DNA from: an uncultured Muribaculaceae bacterium | GTDB taxonomy: Bacteria; Bacillota_I; Bacilli_A; RF39; UBA660 | Direction of reading: 5' to 3' | Length of the DNA: 63,372 bases | Assembly: GCA_964370545.1 (NCBI GenBank) | Contig: CAYJJQ010000004.1 | Span: 1-63,372 of the forward strand | Shown: positions 27,603 through 37,106 of the stretch, piece after piece | Numbering within the stretch: position 1 is the first letter of the stretch | Layout of the letters: every line of letters starts with the position of its first letter | Notes under the pieces: model-generated | The model's input: only the letters and a program-made list of their open reading frames with translations | Told to the model about the DNA's origin: nothing | The model's database searches: none | Program-made: the position numbers and the translations under genes

Positions 27603-28493
27603 TTATTTTAAATATTTATATCTATCATTAATAGGTACTTTTTGTCTTATTAATTCTATTTCTTCTTTATATTCCTTTTCCGTAGAACTTATATAATTAA
27701 ATCCTAAATTATTTTCAATATAATGAAAATCATTATCTTGAGGATTATAAATTATTTTAGGAAGAGTTTTAACATCAAATCCCATAATCATATAATTATA
27801 AAATGTTTCATATATATCTCTTTTGTTAGTGGTTATTGTTTTAGAAGCAGTAGTTTCTATTTTATCAAGTCCTATAATCATTATTAGAACATCAACTGCT
27901 ATGGACATAATCATATTTCCCCATAAACGAGTATTAAAGTTATAAGACGTATTATCAAATCCTGGTTTAAATTCTAACTTCTCTAAAGGTAAACTAGAAG
28001 TATTTTTGTTTAAAAGTTTAAATAAATTAAGTAGCATCTCAACTTTATTATTTGATGCAATTACTAAAGATAAAAATCTTTGATTTATATTATATTTTGT
28101 TTCCTGAACACTGTTATAAAAATTCATGGCATCTATACTAAAATCGTTAGATACTTCTATAAGAGCAGTAGTATTCATTAATTTACTATAATCACTAATA
28201 TTAAGTGCTGTATGATCGTGAAATCTAATTAATTTAAGTCTTTTTAACAATTCTTCAGGTTTATAATACATTCTTTGAGGAGGAAGTATATCATTAATTA
28301 ACATTCTAAGAAGTAAAGCTATTTCAATATTAGGTTGAGCAGATTTATCTTCAAAACCTCCATAAAAAACATTTCCATAATTATTAAAAAATAATGGAGT
28401 AAAATTTTTTTCAAATGTAACTGGCATAGTGTCTGCTAACATATTATAAGATTTAGATCCCTTACTAACAGCATCGTTATACTTATATATCAT
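27603..28493 (-). CDS. Hypothetical protein (296 aa)
   Basis: Long ORF; no family recognised. Confidence 0.5.
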   Translation of the reverse strand: MIYKYNDAVSKGSKSYNMLADTMPVTFEKNFTPLFFNNYGNVFYGGFEDKSAQPNIEIALLLRMLINDILPPQRMYYKPEELLKRLKLIRFHDHTALNISDYSKLMNTTALIEVSNDFSIDAMNFYNSVQETKYNINQRFLSLVIASNNKVEMLLNLFKLLNKNTSSLPLEKLEFKPGFDNTSYNFNTRLWGNMIMSIAVDVLIMIIGLDKIETTASKTITTNKRDIYETFYNYMIMGFDVKTLPKIIYNPQDNDFHYIENNLGFNYISSTEKEYKEEIELIRQKVPINDRYKYLK

Positions 28494-28556
28494 AACCCTT
28501 ATCCCCCTAATAGAATTATATTGTACCTTATTTGCTATAATTTGTCAAAGAAAAAA

Positions 28557-29171
28557 TTAGGAATTCCTAATTTTCTTTGTTCTTATAAATTCATCATTAA
28601 AATCATATACGTTAAATGTTAGTGAATTTACCGGTTCATAAAAATCATCATTATAGATATTTAAATCACTAATATTAGTATTTTCTTGATTACCTTTTAT
28701 AGTCAAATTTAATTTATTTATTTTAGTATCAGTTTCTAGTAATCTAATTTTAGAATCAGCAATAATACCTTCTTTAAATACATGACTTGATTGAATAGTA
28801 TTAATATGATTAATCATTAAATGAATATACTGAATAATTATAATAGATGTAGAAAGAGCTACATTTTCTATATTGCCTATTAATGGCCCTAAAAAGAAAG
28901 ATAAATAACCAGCTAAATATTGTTTCCATATATATTTATTATATTGTATATCAATAAGTATATTATATTCTTCTATATTACATAATTCCATTAGCTTTTC
29001 ATATTCTATTTTTAAGTAATCATTAAATTGATTAATAGTAATCATTTTTTCAATCTTCTTAAATTCTTCACTTTTAGATTCATCTAAAGGAATATTAGCA
29101 AACTCTTTTTTTAACATATCTAATATTTTTATTTTTTCTTCTATATTATTTTTCTTTTTTTTATAACTCAT
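28557..29171 (-). CDS. Hypothetical membrane protein (204 aa)
   Basis: ORF with a GGAGG RBS and central hydrophobic helices; no family recognised. Confidence 0.5.
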   Translation of the reverse strand: MSYKKKKNNIEEKIKILDMLKKEFANIPLDESKSEEFKKIEKMITINQFNDYLKIEYEKLMELCNIEEYNILIDIQYNKYIWKQYLAGYLSFFLGPLIGNIENVALSTSIIIIQYIHLMINHINTIQSSHVFKEGIIADSKIRLLETDTKINKLNLTIKGNQENTNISDLNIYNDDFYEPVNSLTFNVYDFNDEFIRTKKIRNS

Positions 29172-29199
29172 AAATCCTCCCTAATTTAATTATAACACA

Positions 29200-30177
29200 T
29201 TAACTTTTAGTAATTAAAAACTTTATTAACTCTTCTGGATTCTTATCTTCATAGACAATATCATATATAATATTTATAAGAGGTACTTTTATCTTATTGT
29301 CTTTAAGTAAGTTTTTAAATGTTTCTAAAGCATAATAACCTTCAACAGTATTATCTTCTAAAAAATTATTACTAGTTTTTTTGTCTTTATGTTTACCAAT
29401 GGTGTATCCAAAACTATAATTTCTACTTTTTGTAGAAGTACAGGTTAATATTAAATCTCCGATACCTGCAAAAGATAATATAGTTTTTTTACTTCCTCCC
29501 AAATAATAGATAGTATTTTTTATATCATGAACACTTTCGTTAATTAAAAAAGCAGTAGTACTATTTGAGTAACCAAGTCCATTAATGATTCCAACAGCTA
29601 TTGCAATAACGTTCTTAATAGACCCACATATTTGTGTTCCAATAATATCTTTGTTATCTCTTAATTTAAGAGAATCATTTTCTAATGCTTTTTTAACAAC
29701 TTCAACATTTGATTTTGATCTAGATGCAAGAGCTAAAGCAACTGGTTCATTATTTATTATGTCTATTGCAAAAGTAGGACCAGATAAAACACTAACGTTT
29801 TTAGTTTTTAAATGATTAGAAAGGATATTTGATAAGAAATCTTTAGATTTATCATCAAGACCTTTAGTAGCTATACATATAGGTATCTCTTTTTTATAAA
29901 AAGGTTGCATGTTTAGTATAGTGTTTTTAAAATAATTAGATGCAACACCAATAATAATTAAATTAGTATTTTCTAAAGATTCTTCTAAACTTGTAGTTAT
30001 AGAAATGTTACTATCAAATTTATAATCTATGATAGATTTTAAACTCTTAGTATTATTATATTCTTCTTTTAATTTACTATCATGAGTCCACATAATGATT
30101 TTATTACTATTTTTTTTAGATAGGGCATGAGCAAGAGCTAAGCTGTATACTCCAGTACCAATAACTGTTATTTTCAT
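29200..30177 (-). CDS. gpsA: NAD(P)H-dependent glycerol-3-phosphate dehydrogenase
   Basis: N-terminal ITVIGTGVYSLALA Rossmann motif and conserved NVIAIAVGI...GLGYS.N; typical size. Confidence 0.85.
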   Translation of the reverse strand: MKITVIGTGVYSLALAHALSKKNSNKIIMWTHDSKLKEEYNNTKSLKSIIDYKFDSNISITTSLEESLENTNLIIIGVASNYFKNTILNMQPFYKKEIPICIATKGLDDKSKDFLSNILSNHLKTKNVSVLSGPTFAIDIINNEPVALALASRSKSNVEVVKKALENDSLKLRDNKDIIGTQICGSIKNVIAIAVGIINGLGYSNSTTAFLINESVHDIKNTIYYLGGSKKTILSFAGIGDLILTCTSTKSRNYSFGYTIGKHKDKKTSNNFLEDNTVEGYYALETFKNLLKDNKIKVPLINIIYDIVYEDKNPEELIKFLITKS

Positions 30178-31376
30178 TTTTTACCATCCTTCATATCTTT
30201 ATGTAATTTATTTAAACTATTTTCTACATTATTATTTTTAGGTACATAATATTTCCTATTAATTAATTTTTCGGGCATATAATTTTGTTTTACATAACTA
30301 TTAGGATAATCATGTGGATATAAGTATGTAGTTGTACTAATTTTAATATTCTCTGGTATATCACCAGTAAAACCTTTTTTAACATCATTGATTGCATTAG
30401 CAATTGCTAAATAAGCACTATTACTTTTAGGAGATATAGCCATTTCAAGTACTATTTGTCCTAAAATAATTCTGGCTTCTGGAAGACCTATTCTTTCACA
30501 GTGATTAATAGCACTATCAAGCCTTGCTCCTATACCTGGATTAGCAAGTCCTATATCTTCATAGGCTATTACTCCAAGTCTTCTATAAATAGAATCTAAG
30601 TCCTCCAGTTCAATTAATCTAGCAAGATAATGAACTGCGGCATCGGGATCCGAGCCCCTAATAGATTTTTGAAGAGCACTTAGTAAATCATAATGTCCAG
30701 TTTCATTGGCATCTCCAATAAGCGCTGGCTTACTATTTATTGTTTTAATAATTTCTATATTTATTACTCCGTCTTTGGAAGCATAGTAAGCTACCTCAAT
30801 TAAATTAAGAGCGAATCTTAAATCACCATTTGATAAATTAGCGATATGTTCTAAAGATTTATTATCAATTTTAAAATTATCATATACATTTTTTACTTTT
30901 TCTAACCCTTTAATAATATCTTCTTTTTTTAAAGGTTTAATTTCAAATATTTGACATCTGCTTCTTATAGCTGGATTAATTTTGAAATAAGGATTAGATG
31001 TAGTAAGGCCAATTAATATTATTAATCCGCTTTCAATGTAGGGTAGAAGCAAATCTTGTTTGTCTTTATTCATTCTATGAATTTCATCGATAACTAAAAT
31101 AAGTTCACCGCTCATTCGCGCTTCGTTTATTGCATAATCAAAATCATCTTTTTTATGAGTTGTTGCATTAAGAAACTTATAGGGCTTTTTTGACTCTTTT
31201 ACAAGAGCATAAGCAATGCTTGTTTTCCCAGTTCCTGGTTTACCAAAAAAGATGGTGGAAAATAGTTTTTTATTTTTAATTAAATTTGTTAATATTTTGT
31301 TTTCACCAATTAAGTGATCCTGACCTAGAATGTCTTTTAATTTTTCAGGTCTTAATTTATCTGCTAATATTTCCAT
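30174..31376 (-). CDS. rarA: Replication-associated recombination protein A (AAA+ ATPase)
   Basis: LADKLRP..L.DI.GQDHL, Walker A GKPGTGKTS, Walker B VIDEIHR and the MgsA C-terminal domain (HYDLLSALQKSIRGSDPDAA). Confidence 0.9.
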   Translation of the reverse strand: MEILADKLRPEKLKDILGQDHLIGENKILTNLIKNKKLFSTIFFGKPGTGKTSIAYALVKESKKPYKFLNATTHKKDDFDYAINEARMSGELILVIDEIHRMNKDKQDLLLPYIESGLIILIGLTTSNPYFKINPAIRSRCQIFEIKPLKKEDIIKGLEKVKNVYDNFKIDNKSLEHIANLSNGDLRFALNLIEVAYYASKDGVINIEIIKTINSKPALIGDANETGHYDLLSALQKSIRGSDPDAAVHYLARLIELEDLDSIYRRLGVIAYEDIGLANPGIGARLDSAINHCERIGLPEARIILGQIVLEMAISPKSNSAYLAIANAINDVKKGFTGDIPENIKISTTTYLYPHDYPNSYVKQNYMPEKLINRKYYVPKNNNVENSLNKLHKDMKDGKK

Positions 31377-31455
31377 ATGATTCCTTCAAAAATATTGTAT
31401 CAAATTTCATAGGAAAAATCTATAAAACTATTTTTATAAATAAACTGTATTTTAA

Positions 31456-31485
31456 TTGACTAATAGTAAATTAAAATGTTATAGT
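31456..31485 (+). promoter_or_regulatory. Promoter of small-peptide mRNA, copy A
   Basis: TTGACT, 18-nt spacer, TGtTATAGT (extended -10). Predicted TSS near 31492. Confidence 0.55.
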
Positions 31486-31491
31486 TAATTT

Positions 31492-31725
31492 GGAAGACTT
31501 AGATTAAGTGCTTGCCTTCAACATCAGGGGGACCTCGAGGGGAGGCTGATATTATGAAAAGAAATGATATATTAATATTGTTTTTAATTATAATAATTAT
31601 ATTACTAATAGCCTCTTTATACAAAGCTATATAATATAAAAACAGCACTTAATTCGTATTTGAATTAAGTGCTAACACAAAAGTGGCAAGTGCTTAGCTT
31701 GAATTCTAAGTACTTCCTTTTTATT
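31492..31725 (+). other. Candidate type I toxin mRNA, copy A (structured, about 230 nt)
   Basis: 5' ggaag-acttag-ttaagtgcttgcc pairs with 3' ggcaagtgcttag...ctaagt-cttcc. gccttc can pair with the SD ggaggc. Ends in a U tract. Paralogous to 51672..51913 (-). Confidence 0.55.
31554..31634 (+). CDS. 26-aa hydrophobic peptide MKRNDILILFLIIIIILLIASLYKAI (candidate type I toxin)
   Basis: GGAGG SD 8 nt upstream. Charged N-terminus plus a single TM helix. The length and sequence are conserved in copy B. Confidence 0.6.
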   Translation: MKRNDILILFLIIIIILLIASLYKAI

Positions 31726-31744
31726 TTATGTAAGTATTTCTTAC
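31636..31744 (-). ncRNA. Candidate antisense sRNA (antitoxin), copy A
   Basis: Minus-strand promoter TTGACA-17-TGaTAAGAT (31751..31779). Minus-strand terminator: 12-bp hairpin 31644..31673 followed by GUUUUUAU. Overlaps the 3' ~90 nt of the peptide mRNA. Confidence 0.5.
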
Positions 31745-31859
31745 AAATTCATCTTATCAAAAACTTTACTTTTTGTCAAATTCAACTTTTGGATTTACTT
31801 ATGTATCATTAACTATACCAAACTAAAAAAATGATGTATAATTATACTATGAGGGCATT

Positions 31860-32744
31860 ATGAAAAAAGAAATATTTAACTTAGATAAAAATATAGAAGA
31901 TTACTTATCATATTTAAAGTATGAAAAAAAATTGTCAAGTAATACTTATGAATCATATAAAGATAATCTAAAAAAGTTTAATATGAATTTTCCAAATCAA
32001 AATATACTTAAATTAAAAGTAGATGATATTAAAGATTATTTATATGGTATTCAGCTAAGTGCTAAAACTAAAGCGCATTATATAACTGTGATTAATTCAT
32101 TTTATAATTTTTGTATAACAGAAGGTAAAATAGATAAATCGCCTGTAGCAGGAATTAAAATGCCTAAAATAGAAAAGAAATTACCTAACTATTTAAGTAT
32201 TGATGAAACAAATAAATTGCTTGATATAAAATTAATTAAACCCATAGATTATCGTAATAAAGCAATGCTTGAAGTATTATATGGAACAGGTATTAGAATT
32301 ACAGAATTGTGTACTCTTACATTATCTCAAATAGATCCAGTATCTTGCAGTATTAAAATAATGGGGAAGGGAAAAAAAGAAAGAATAGTTCCGCTTAATA
32401 GTTTTGCGCTAAATTATTTAAATGTGTATATTAAAGAATATAGATCATATATTCTTAAAACCAAGAGTAGTGAATATGTATTTATAAATAATTTAGGAGG
32501 GCCTATATCTAGGCAAGGATTTTTTAAAATTATAAAACAGTTATGTCAAAAAAGTGGTATAGACAAGGATGTATCACCACATACTTTAAGACATTCTTTT
32601 GCTACCCATCTTTTAAATAATGGAGCTGATTTAAGAGTAATTCAAGAAATACTTGGTCATGAAAATTTAGTAACTACTGAAATATATGCTCACTTACAAA
32701 ACAAAAAAATAGCAGATGATTATTCTAATCATCCGCATGCATAG
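31860..32744 (+). CDS. xerD: Tyrosine recombinase, XerD-like
   Basis: SAM-like N-terminal domain, R...HTLRHSFATHLL..GADLRVIQEILGH......IYAH catalytic motifs, 294 aa. Confidence 0.8.
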   Translation: MKKEIFNLDKNIEDYLSYLKYEKKLSSNTYESYKDNLKKFNMNFPNQNILKLKVDDIKDYLYGIQLSAKTKAHYITVINSFYNFCITEGKIDKSPVAGIKMPKIEKKLPNYLSIDETNKLLDIKLIKPIDYRNKAMLEVLYGTGIRITELCTLTLSQIDPVSCSIKIMGKGKKERIVPLNSFALNYLNVYIKEYRSYILKTKSSEYVFINNLGGPISRQGFFKIIKQLCQKSGIDKDVSPHTLRHSFATHLLNNGADLRVIQEILGHENLVTTEIYAHLQNKKIADDYSNHPHA

Positions 32745-32758
32745 TTAATTCTTTTTAA

Positions 32759-32854
32759 TTAACAATTTCTCGCAGTCGAGTTATTTTTACAAGAACTACT
32801 ATTTGAATTATTATTTTTCATTTGATTTCTTGCTTTTGATTTAGCTTTATTCAT
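32759..32854 (-). CDS. Possible 31-aa basic, Asn/Ser-rich peptide MNKAKSKARNQMKNNNSNSSSCKNNSTARNC
   Basis: Strong GAGGAGGT RBS 7 nt upstream of the ATG, in an otherwise empty intergenic gap. Below the ORF-track length cutoff. Confidence 0.35.
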   Translation of the reverse strand: MNKAKSKARNQMKNNNSNSSSCKNNSTARNC

Positions 32855-33006
32855 GTTTATACCTCCTCATTAGTAGTATGAGTGTATTATATTTAATAAT
32901 GACTGACATTATTTGGTACTATTTAAAAATATTTAGAAATAAATGTTTTTTTTAAGTAGAAACTTATATTATTTTTTGATATACTAAATATAATAGGAAG
33001 TATTAT

Positions 33007-33477
33007 ATGGAAGATAGTAATTTAAAATTTATAAATAGCTTAAAAGAAAAATATGAACCAAAAAATTATAATTTAATCGAAATGTTACATGAAGTTCAAA
33101 AAGAGTATGGTTATATTCCTTTAAACATGCAAGAATTTATTAGTAATTATTTAAAGGTAGAATTAGCAGAAATATATGGAGTTATTACATTTTATTCAAG
33201 GTTTACTTTAAAACCAAAAGCAAAATATAGTTTATGTGTATGTATGGGTACAGCGTGTTATGTAAAAGGTGCAGATAAATTACTTAGTTATCTTGAAAAT
33301 TTACTAAATATTAAACTAGGGGAAATAACTGATGACCAGTTATTTGGCATCGTAGATGCGAGGTGTGTAGGTGCTTGTAGTTTAGCTCCTATATTTATGG
33401 TTAATGATAAAGTTTATGGAAAAGCAGATGAAAAGTTAATAAAGGAAGTTATTTCTAGTATTAGAAAAGAGAGTTAA
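33007..33477 (+). CDS. NuoE-like [2Fe-2S] subunit of bifurcating [FeFe]-hydrogenase (HydC-type)
   Basis: CMGTACYVKG...CVGACSLAP cluster motifs; first gene of the three-gene hydrogenase operon. Confidence 0.85.
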   Translation: MEDSNLKFINSLKEKYEPKNYNLIEMLHEVQKEYGYIPLNMQEFISNYLKVELAEIYGVITFYSRFTLKPKAKYSLCVCMGTACYVKGADKLLSYLENLLNIKLGEITDDQLFGIVDARCVGACSLAPIFMVNDKVYGKADEKLIKEVISSIRKES

Positions 33478-33478
33478 A

Positions 33479-35305
33479 ATGGAAGTAAAAGACTTAATTG
33501 ATATAAAAAATAAATATATTGAATTTAAGAAAAAAAACTTAGGAACTGAAGTTGATATTTTAGTATGTTTAAGTGATAATAGTTTATTAGTGGAATTTGA
33601 TGAAATAATAGAATTATTTACTAAAGAGTTAGCTAGATTAAATATAACTAATGCTAGAGTAATTAAAACTGATCTATTTAAAGATAACTTAGAAGGTATA
33701 AGTGTTTTATTCAAGCAACATAATAGTTATTATGAAAATATAACTAAAGAAAATATAAGTAATATTATAGAATCTCAGCTATCTAAAAATATTATTATAG
33801 AATCTAAATCTTTAGAACAAGGAGAATTAGAAAAATTAAATGATTTACCATTTTATAGTAAACAAAAGAAAATAGTATTAGGTTTAAATGGTATAATAGA
33901 TCCATATAAAATAGAAGAATATATAGCTTATGATGGATATCACGCACTATCTAAAGTTCTTACAAGTATGACTTCTAAAGAAGTTATTGATGTAATAACT
34001 AACTCTAATTTAAAAGGTAGAGGAGGAGCAGGTTTTAAAACTGGTATTAAGTGGCAAACTGCATTTGATGAAATTAGTGATGCTAAGTATGTAATATGTA
34101 ATGCTGATGAAGGCGATCCAGGAGCATTTATGGATAGAAATATCTTAGAAGGTAACCCTCACTCTGTTATAGAAGGTCTTATTATAGCAGCATACGCAGT
34201 AGGAGCTAGTAAAGGTTATGTTTATATAAGAGCAGAATATCCTTTAGCAGTTAAAATAATTAAAGAAGCTATCAAAATAGCTTATGAAAATAATATATTA
34301 GGTAAAAATATTTTAGGAACAGATTTTAATTTTGATTTAGAAGTAAGATTAGGAGCTGGAGCTTTTGTATGTGGAGAAGAAACTGCATTAATAAACTCAA
34401 TAGAAGGTAAAAGAGGGGTTCCTAGATTAAAACCTCCTTATCCGGCAGTAAAGGGTTTATGGGGGAAACCAACAGTAATAAATAATGTGGAAACTTTAGC
34501 AAATGTTGCAAAGATTATTTTAAATGGAAGTAATTGGTATAAAGAAATAGGAACTACTTTTTCTGCAGGTACAAAAGTATTTGCTTTAGGTGGTAATGTT
34601 TATAATGCTGGTCTTGTTGAAGTTCCTATAGGAACAACTATAAGAGAAATAATATTTGATATAGGTGGTGGAATACCTGGAGGTAAAAAATTTAAAGCTG
34701 CTCAAACAGGAGGTCCATCTGGTGGATGTATACCAGATATACATTTAGATACAAAAATAGATTATGATACTTTAAGTCAATTAGGTTCTATGATGGGGTC
34801 AGGAGGTTTTATAGTAATTGATTATACTAAGTGTATTGTATCTATTGCTAAGTTTTATATTGATTTTTCAGTAAGTGAAAGCTGTGGTAAATGTACACCT
34901 TGTAGAATAGGTAATAAAAGAATATTTGAATATTTAGAAAAAATATGTAACTTTAGTGCTACAAAAGAGGATTTGGAAAATCTTAAGTATTTGGCAGAAA
35001 CTGTTACTAAAACAAGTTTATGTGGCTTAGGTCAAAGTGCTCCGAATCCTGTAATAAGTACAATTAAATATTTTGGAAGTGAATATATAGATCATATAGA
35101 AAATAATATATGTCCAGCAGGAGAGTGTTCTTCATCTAAAGTTAGTATAGATGAAAAATTATGTAAGGCATGTGGATTATGTCAGAAAGTGTGTCCTAAG
35201 AATGCTATAACAGGAGAAAAAGATCAAATAAGAGTAGTTGATGATAGTAAGTGCATTAAATGTAAGGCTTGCATTAAAGCCTGTCCATTTAAGGCTATTA
35301 GTTAG
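33479..35305 (+). CDS. NuoF-like NAD(H)/FMN-binding subunit (HydB-type)
   Basis: GRGGAGFKTGIKW FMN site, SCGKCTPCR cluster and two C-terminal ferredoxin-type CxxCxxCxxxCP motifs. Confidence 0.9.
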   Translation: MEVKDLIDIKNKYIEFKKKNLGTEVDILVCLSDNSLLVEFDEIIELFTKELARLNITNARVIKTDLFKDNLEGISVLFKQHNSYYENITKENISNIIESQLSKNIIIESKSLEQGELEKLNDLPFYSKQKKIVLGLNGIIDPYKIEEYIAYDGYHALSKVLTSMTSKEVIDVITNSNLKGRGGAGFKTGIKWQTAFDEISDAKYVICNADEGDPGAFMDRNILEGNPHSVIEGLIIAAYAVGASKGYVYIRAEYPLAVKIIKEAIKIAYENNILGKNILGTDFNFDLEVRLGAGAFVCGEETALINSIEGKRGVPRLKPPYPAVKGLWGKPTVINNVETLANVAKIILNGSNWYKEIGTTFSAGTKVFALGGNVYNAGLVEVPIGTTIREIIFDIGGGIPGGKKFKAAQTGGPSGGCIPDIHLDTKIDYDTLSQLGSMMGSGGFIVIDYTKCIVSIAKFYIDFSVSESCGKCTPCRIGNKRIFEYLEKICNFSATKEDLENLKYLAETVTKTSLCGLGQSAPNPVISTIKYFGSEYIDHIENNICPAGECSSSKVSIDEKLCKACGLCQKVCPKNAITGEKDQIRVVDDSKCIKCKACIKACPFKAIS

Positions 35306-35313
35306 GAGTATAT

Positions 35314-37062
35314 ATGATTAATATTAAATTTGATAATAAACAGTATTTAGTTGATGAAAACATATCAGTTTTAGAAGCTGCTAAACTTAATAATATTTAT
35401 ATTCCTAGTTTGTGTTTTTTTAAAAACGTAAATAATACATCTGATTGTAGATTATGTATTGTTAAAATAAATGGTAGTGATAAATTAGTGCCTGCTTGCT
35501 CTATTAAAGTAATTAAAGATATGGAAATAACAACTGAAGATGATGATATAGTTTCTAGAAGAAAAGAATTACTTAAATTAATAGTATCTAATCATCACTT
35601 TGAATGTAATGTATGTCCAAGAGAAGGTAAGTGTGAACTTAAAAATTTGATTAATAAATTGGAAATAGAACTTCCTGGTTTTAAGGGTATAAAAAAAACA
35701 TATGATAAAGATACTAATTGTGTATCCATAGTTAGAGATTCAAATAAATGTGTACTTTGTAAAAGATGCATAGCAACTTGTAAAAATATTCAAAATATAG
35801 ATGCGATAAGTGTTATTGAAAGAGGGTTTGATTCAATAATTTCTACATCATATAATCAATCTTTTAAAGATGTAAACTGTACTTACTGTGGGCAGTGTAT
35901 TATTAACTGCCCTACAGGAGCATTAACTGAAAAAACAAATTATATTGAAATAATGACTAAATTAAAAGATCCAGATACACTTGTTTATGTACAAACAGCG
36001 CCATCTATAAGAGCGGCTTTAGGAGAAGAATTTGGGTTAGAAATTGGAACTAATGTAGTTGGCAAAATGGTGGCAGCTTTAAAATTATTAGGATTTAATA
36101 AAGTCTTTGATACAAATGTTGGTGCTGATTTCACTATTATGGAAGAAGCTTATGAATTAATAAATCGTATTCAAAATAATGGTAAATTACCAATGATTAC
36201 ATCTTGTTCCCCAGCGTGGGTTAGATTTATTGAAATGAATTACCCAGAACTACTTCCTCATATTTCAACTTGTAAATCACCTCACCAAATGTTAGGCGCA
36301 GTAATAAAAACTTACTATGCCGAAAAAATGAATATTGATCCTAAAAAAATATATATTGTGTCTATTATGCCATGTATTTCTAAAAAATTTGAAATAACTA
36401 GAGATGGTAATAGTTTTAATAATCATTATGATGTAGACGCAGTTATCACTACAAGAGAACTTGCTAAATTAATTAAATTACATGATATAGATTTTAATAA
36501 ATTAGAAGATGAAGAGTTTGATAATCCTTTAGGAGAAGCAACTGGAGCAGGTGCTATTTTTGGAGTAACTGGTGGAGTTATGGAAGCTGCACTTCGTACT
36601 GCAAAAGATTTATTAGGAGAAAAAGATTATAATATTGATTTTGTTGAAGTAAGAGGGGAAGCAGGTATTAAAAAAGCAACAGTTAATTTTAATGAAAAAG
36701 ATTATAGTGTAGTAGTTGCATCTTCTTTAGGAAATGCTAGAAAAATATTAGAAGATATTAAAGAAGGTAAATCGTCATATAACTTTATCGAAATTATGGC
36801 CTGTCCGGGCGGCTGCGTAATGGGTGGAGGGCAGCCGATTGTTTCATCAGATTTAAAACTTAAGTATGATGTAAAAGCTCTTAGAACAAAAGTGTTATAT
36901 GATATAGATGAAAAATCTGAATATAGAAAGAGTCATGAAAATCCTATTTTACAAAATATATATTTAGAATATTTGGGTAAACCTGGAGGTAAAAAAGCTC
37001 ATCAGCTTTTACATACAGTTCATGGTCCTAGAAATAAATATAATTTAGAGCAATTTAATTGA
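35314..37062 (+). CDS. [FeFe]-hydrogenase catalytic subunit (HydA)
   Basis: H-cluster motifs TSCSPAWV, MPCISKK and EIMACPGGCVMGGGQP; N-terminal 2Fe-2S and 4Fe-4S ferredoxin domains. Confidence 0.9.
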   Translation: MINIKFDNKQYLVDENISVLEAAKLNNIYIPSLCFFKNVNNTSDCRLCIVKINGSDKLVPACSIKVIKDMEITTEDDDIVSRRKELLKLIVSNHHFECNVCPREGKCELKNLINKLEIELPGFKGIKKTYDKDTNCVSIVRDSNKCVLCKRCIATCKNIQNIDAISVIERGFDSIISTSYNQSFKDVNCTYCGQCIINCPTGALTEKTNYIEIMTKLKDPDTLVYVQTAPSIRAALGEEFGLEIGTNVVGKMVAALKLLGFNKVFDTNVGADFTIMEEAYELINRIQNNGKLPMITSCSPAWVRFIEMNYPELLPHISTCKSPHQMLGAVIKTYYAEKMNIDPKKIYIVSIMPCISKKFEITRDGNSFNNHYDVDAVITTRELAKLIKLHDIDFNKLEDEEFDNPLGEATGAGAIFGVTGGVMEAALRTAKDLLGEKDYNIDFVEVRGEAGIKKATVNFNEKDYSVVVASSLGNARKILEDIKEGKSSYNFIEIMACPGGCVMGGGQPIVSSDLKLKYDVKALRTKVLYDIDEKSEYRKSHENPILQNIYLEYLGKPGGKKAHQLLHTVHGPRNKYNLEQFN

Positions 37063-37106
37063 CAAAATGTATAATGAGTTGTAAACTTATTTTAGTGATG
37101 TAATGT

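Noticed and set aside
31860-32744. Tyrosine recombinases (31860 and 44926) as markers of an integrated prophage or island
   Set aside because: Both have Xer-type length and motifs. The genes between and around them are housekeeping (hydrogenase, mtaB, recD2). No phage structural, att-like repeat or tRNA-adjacent integration signature was seen.
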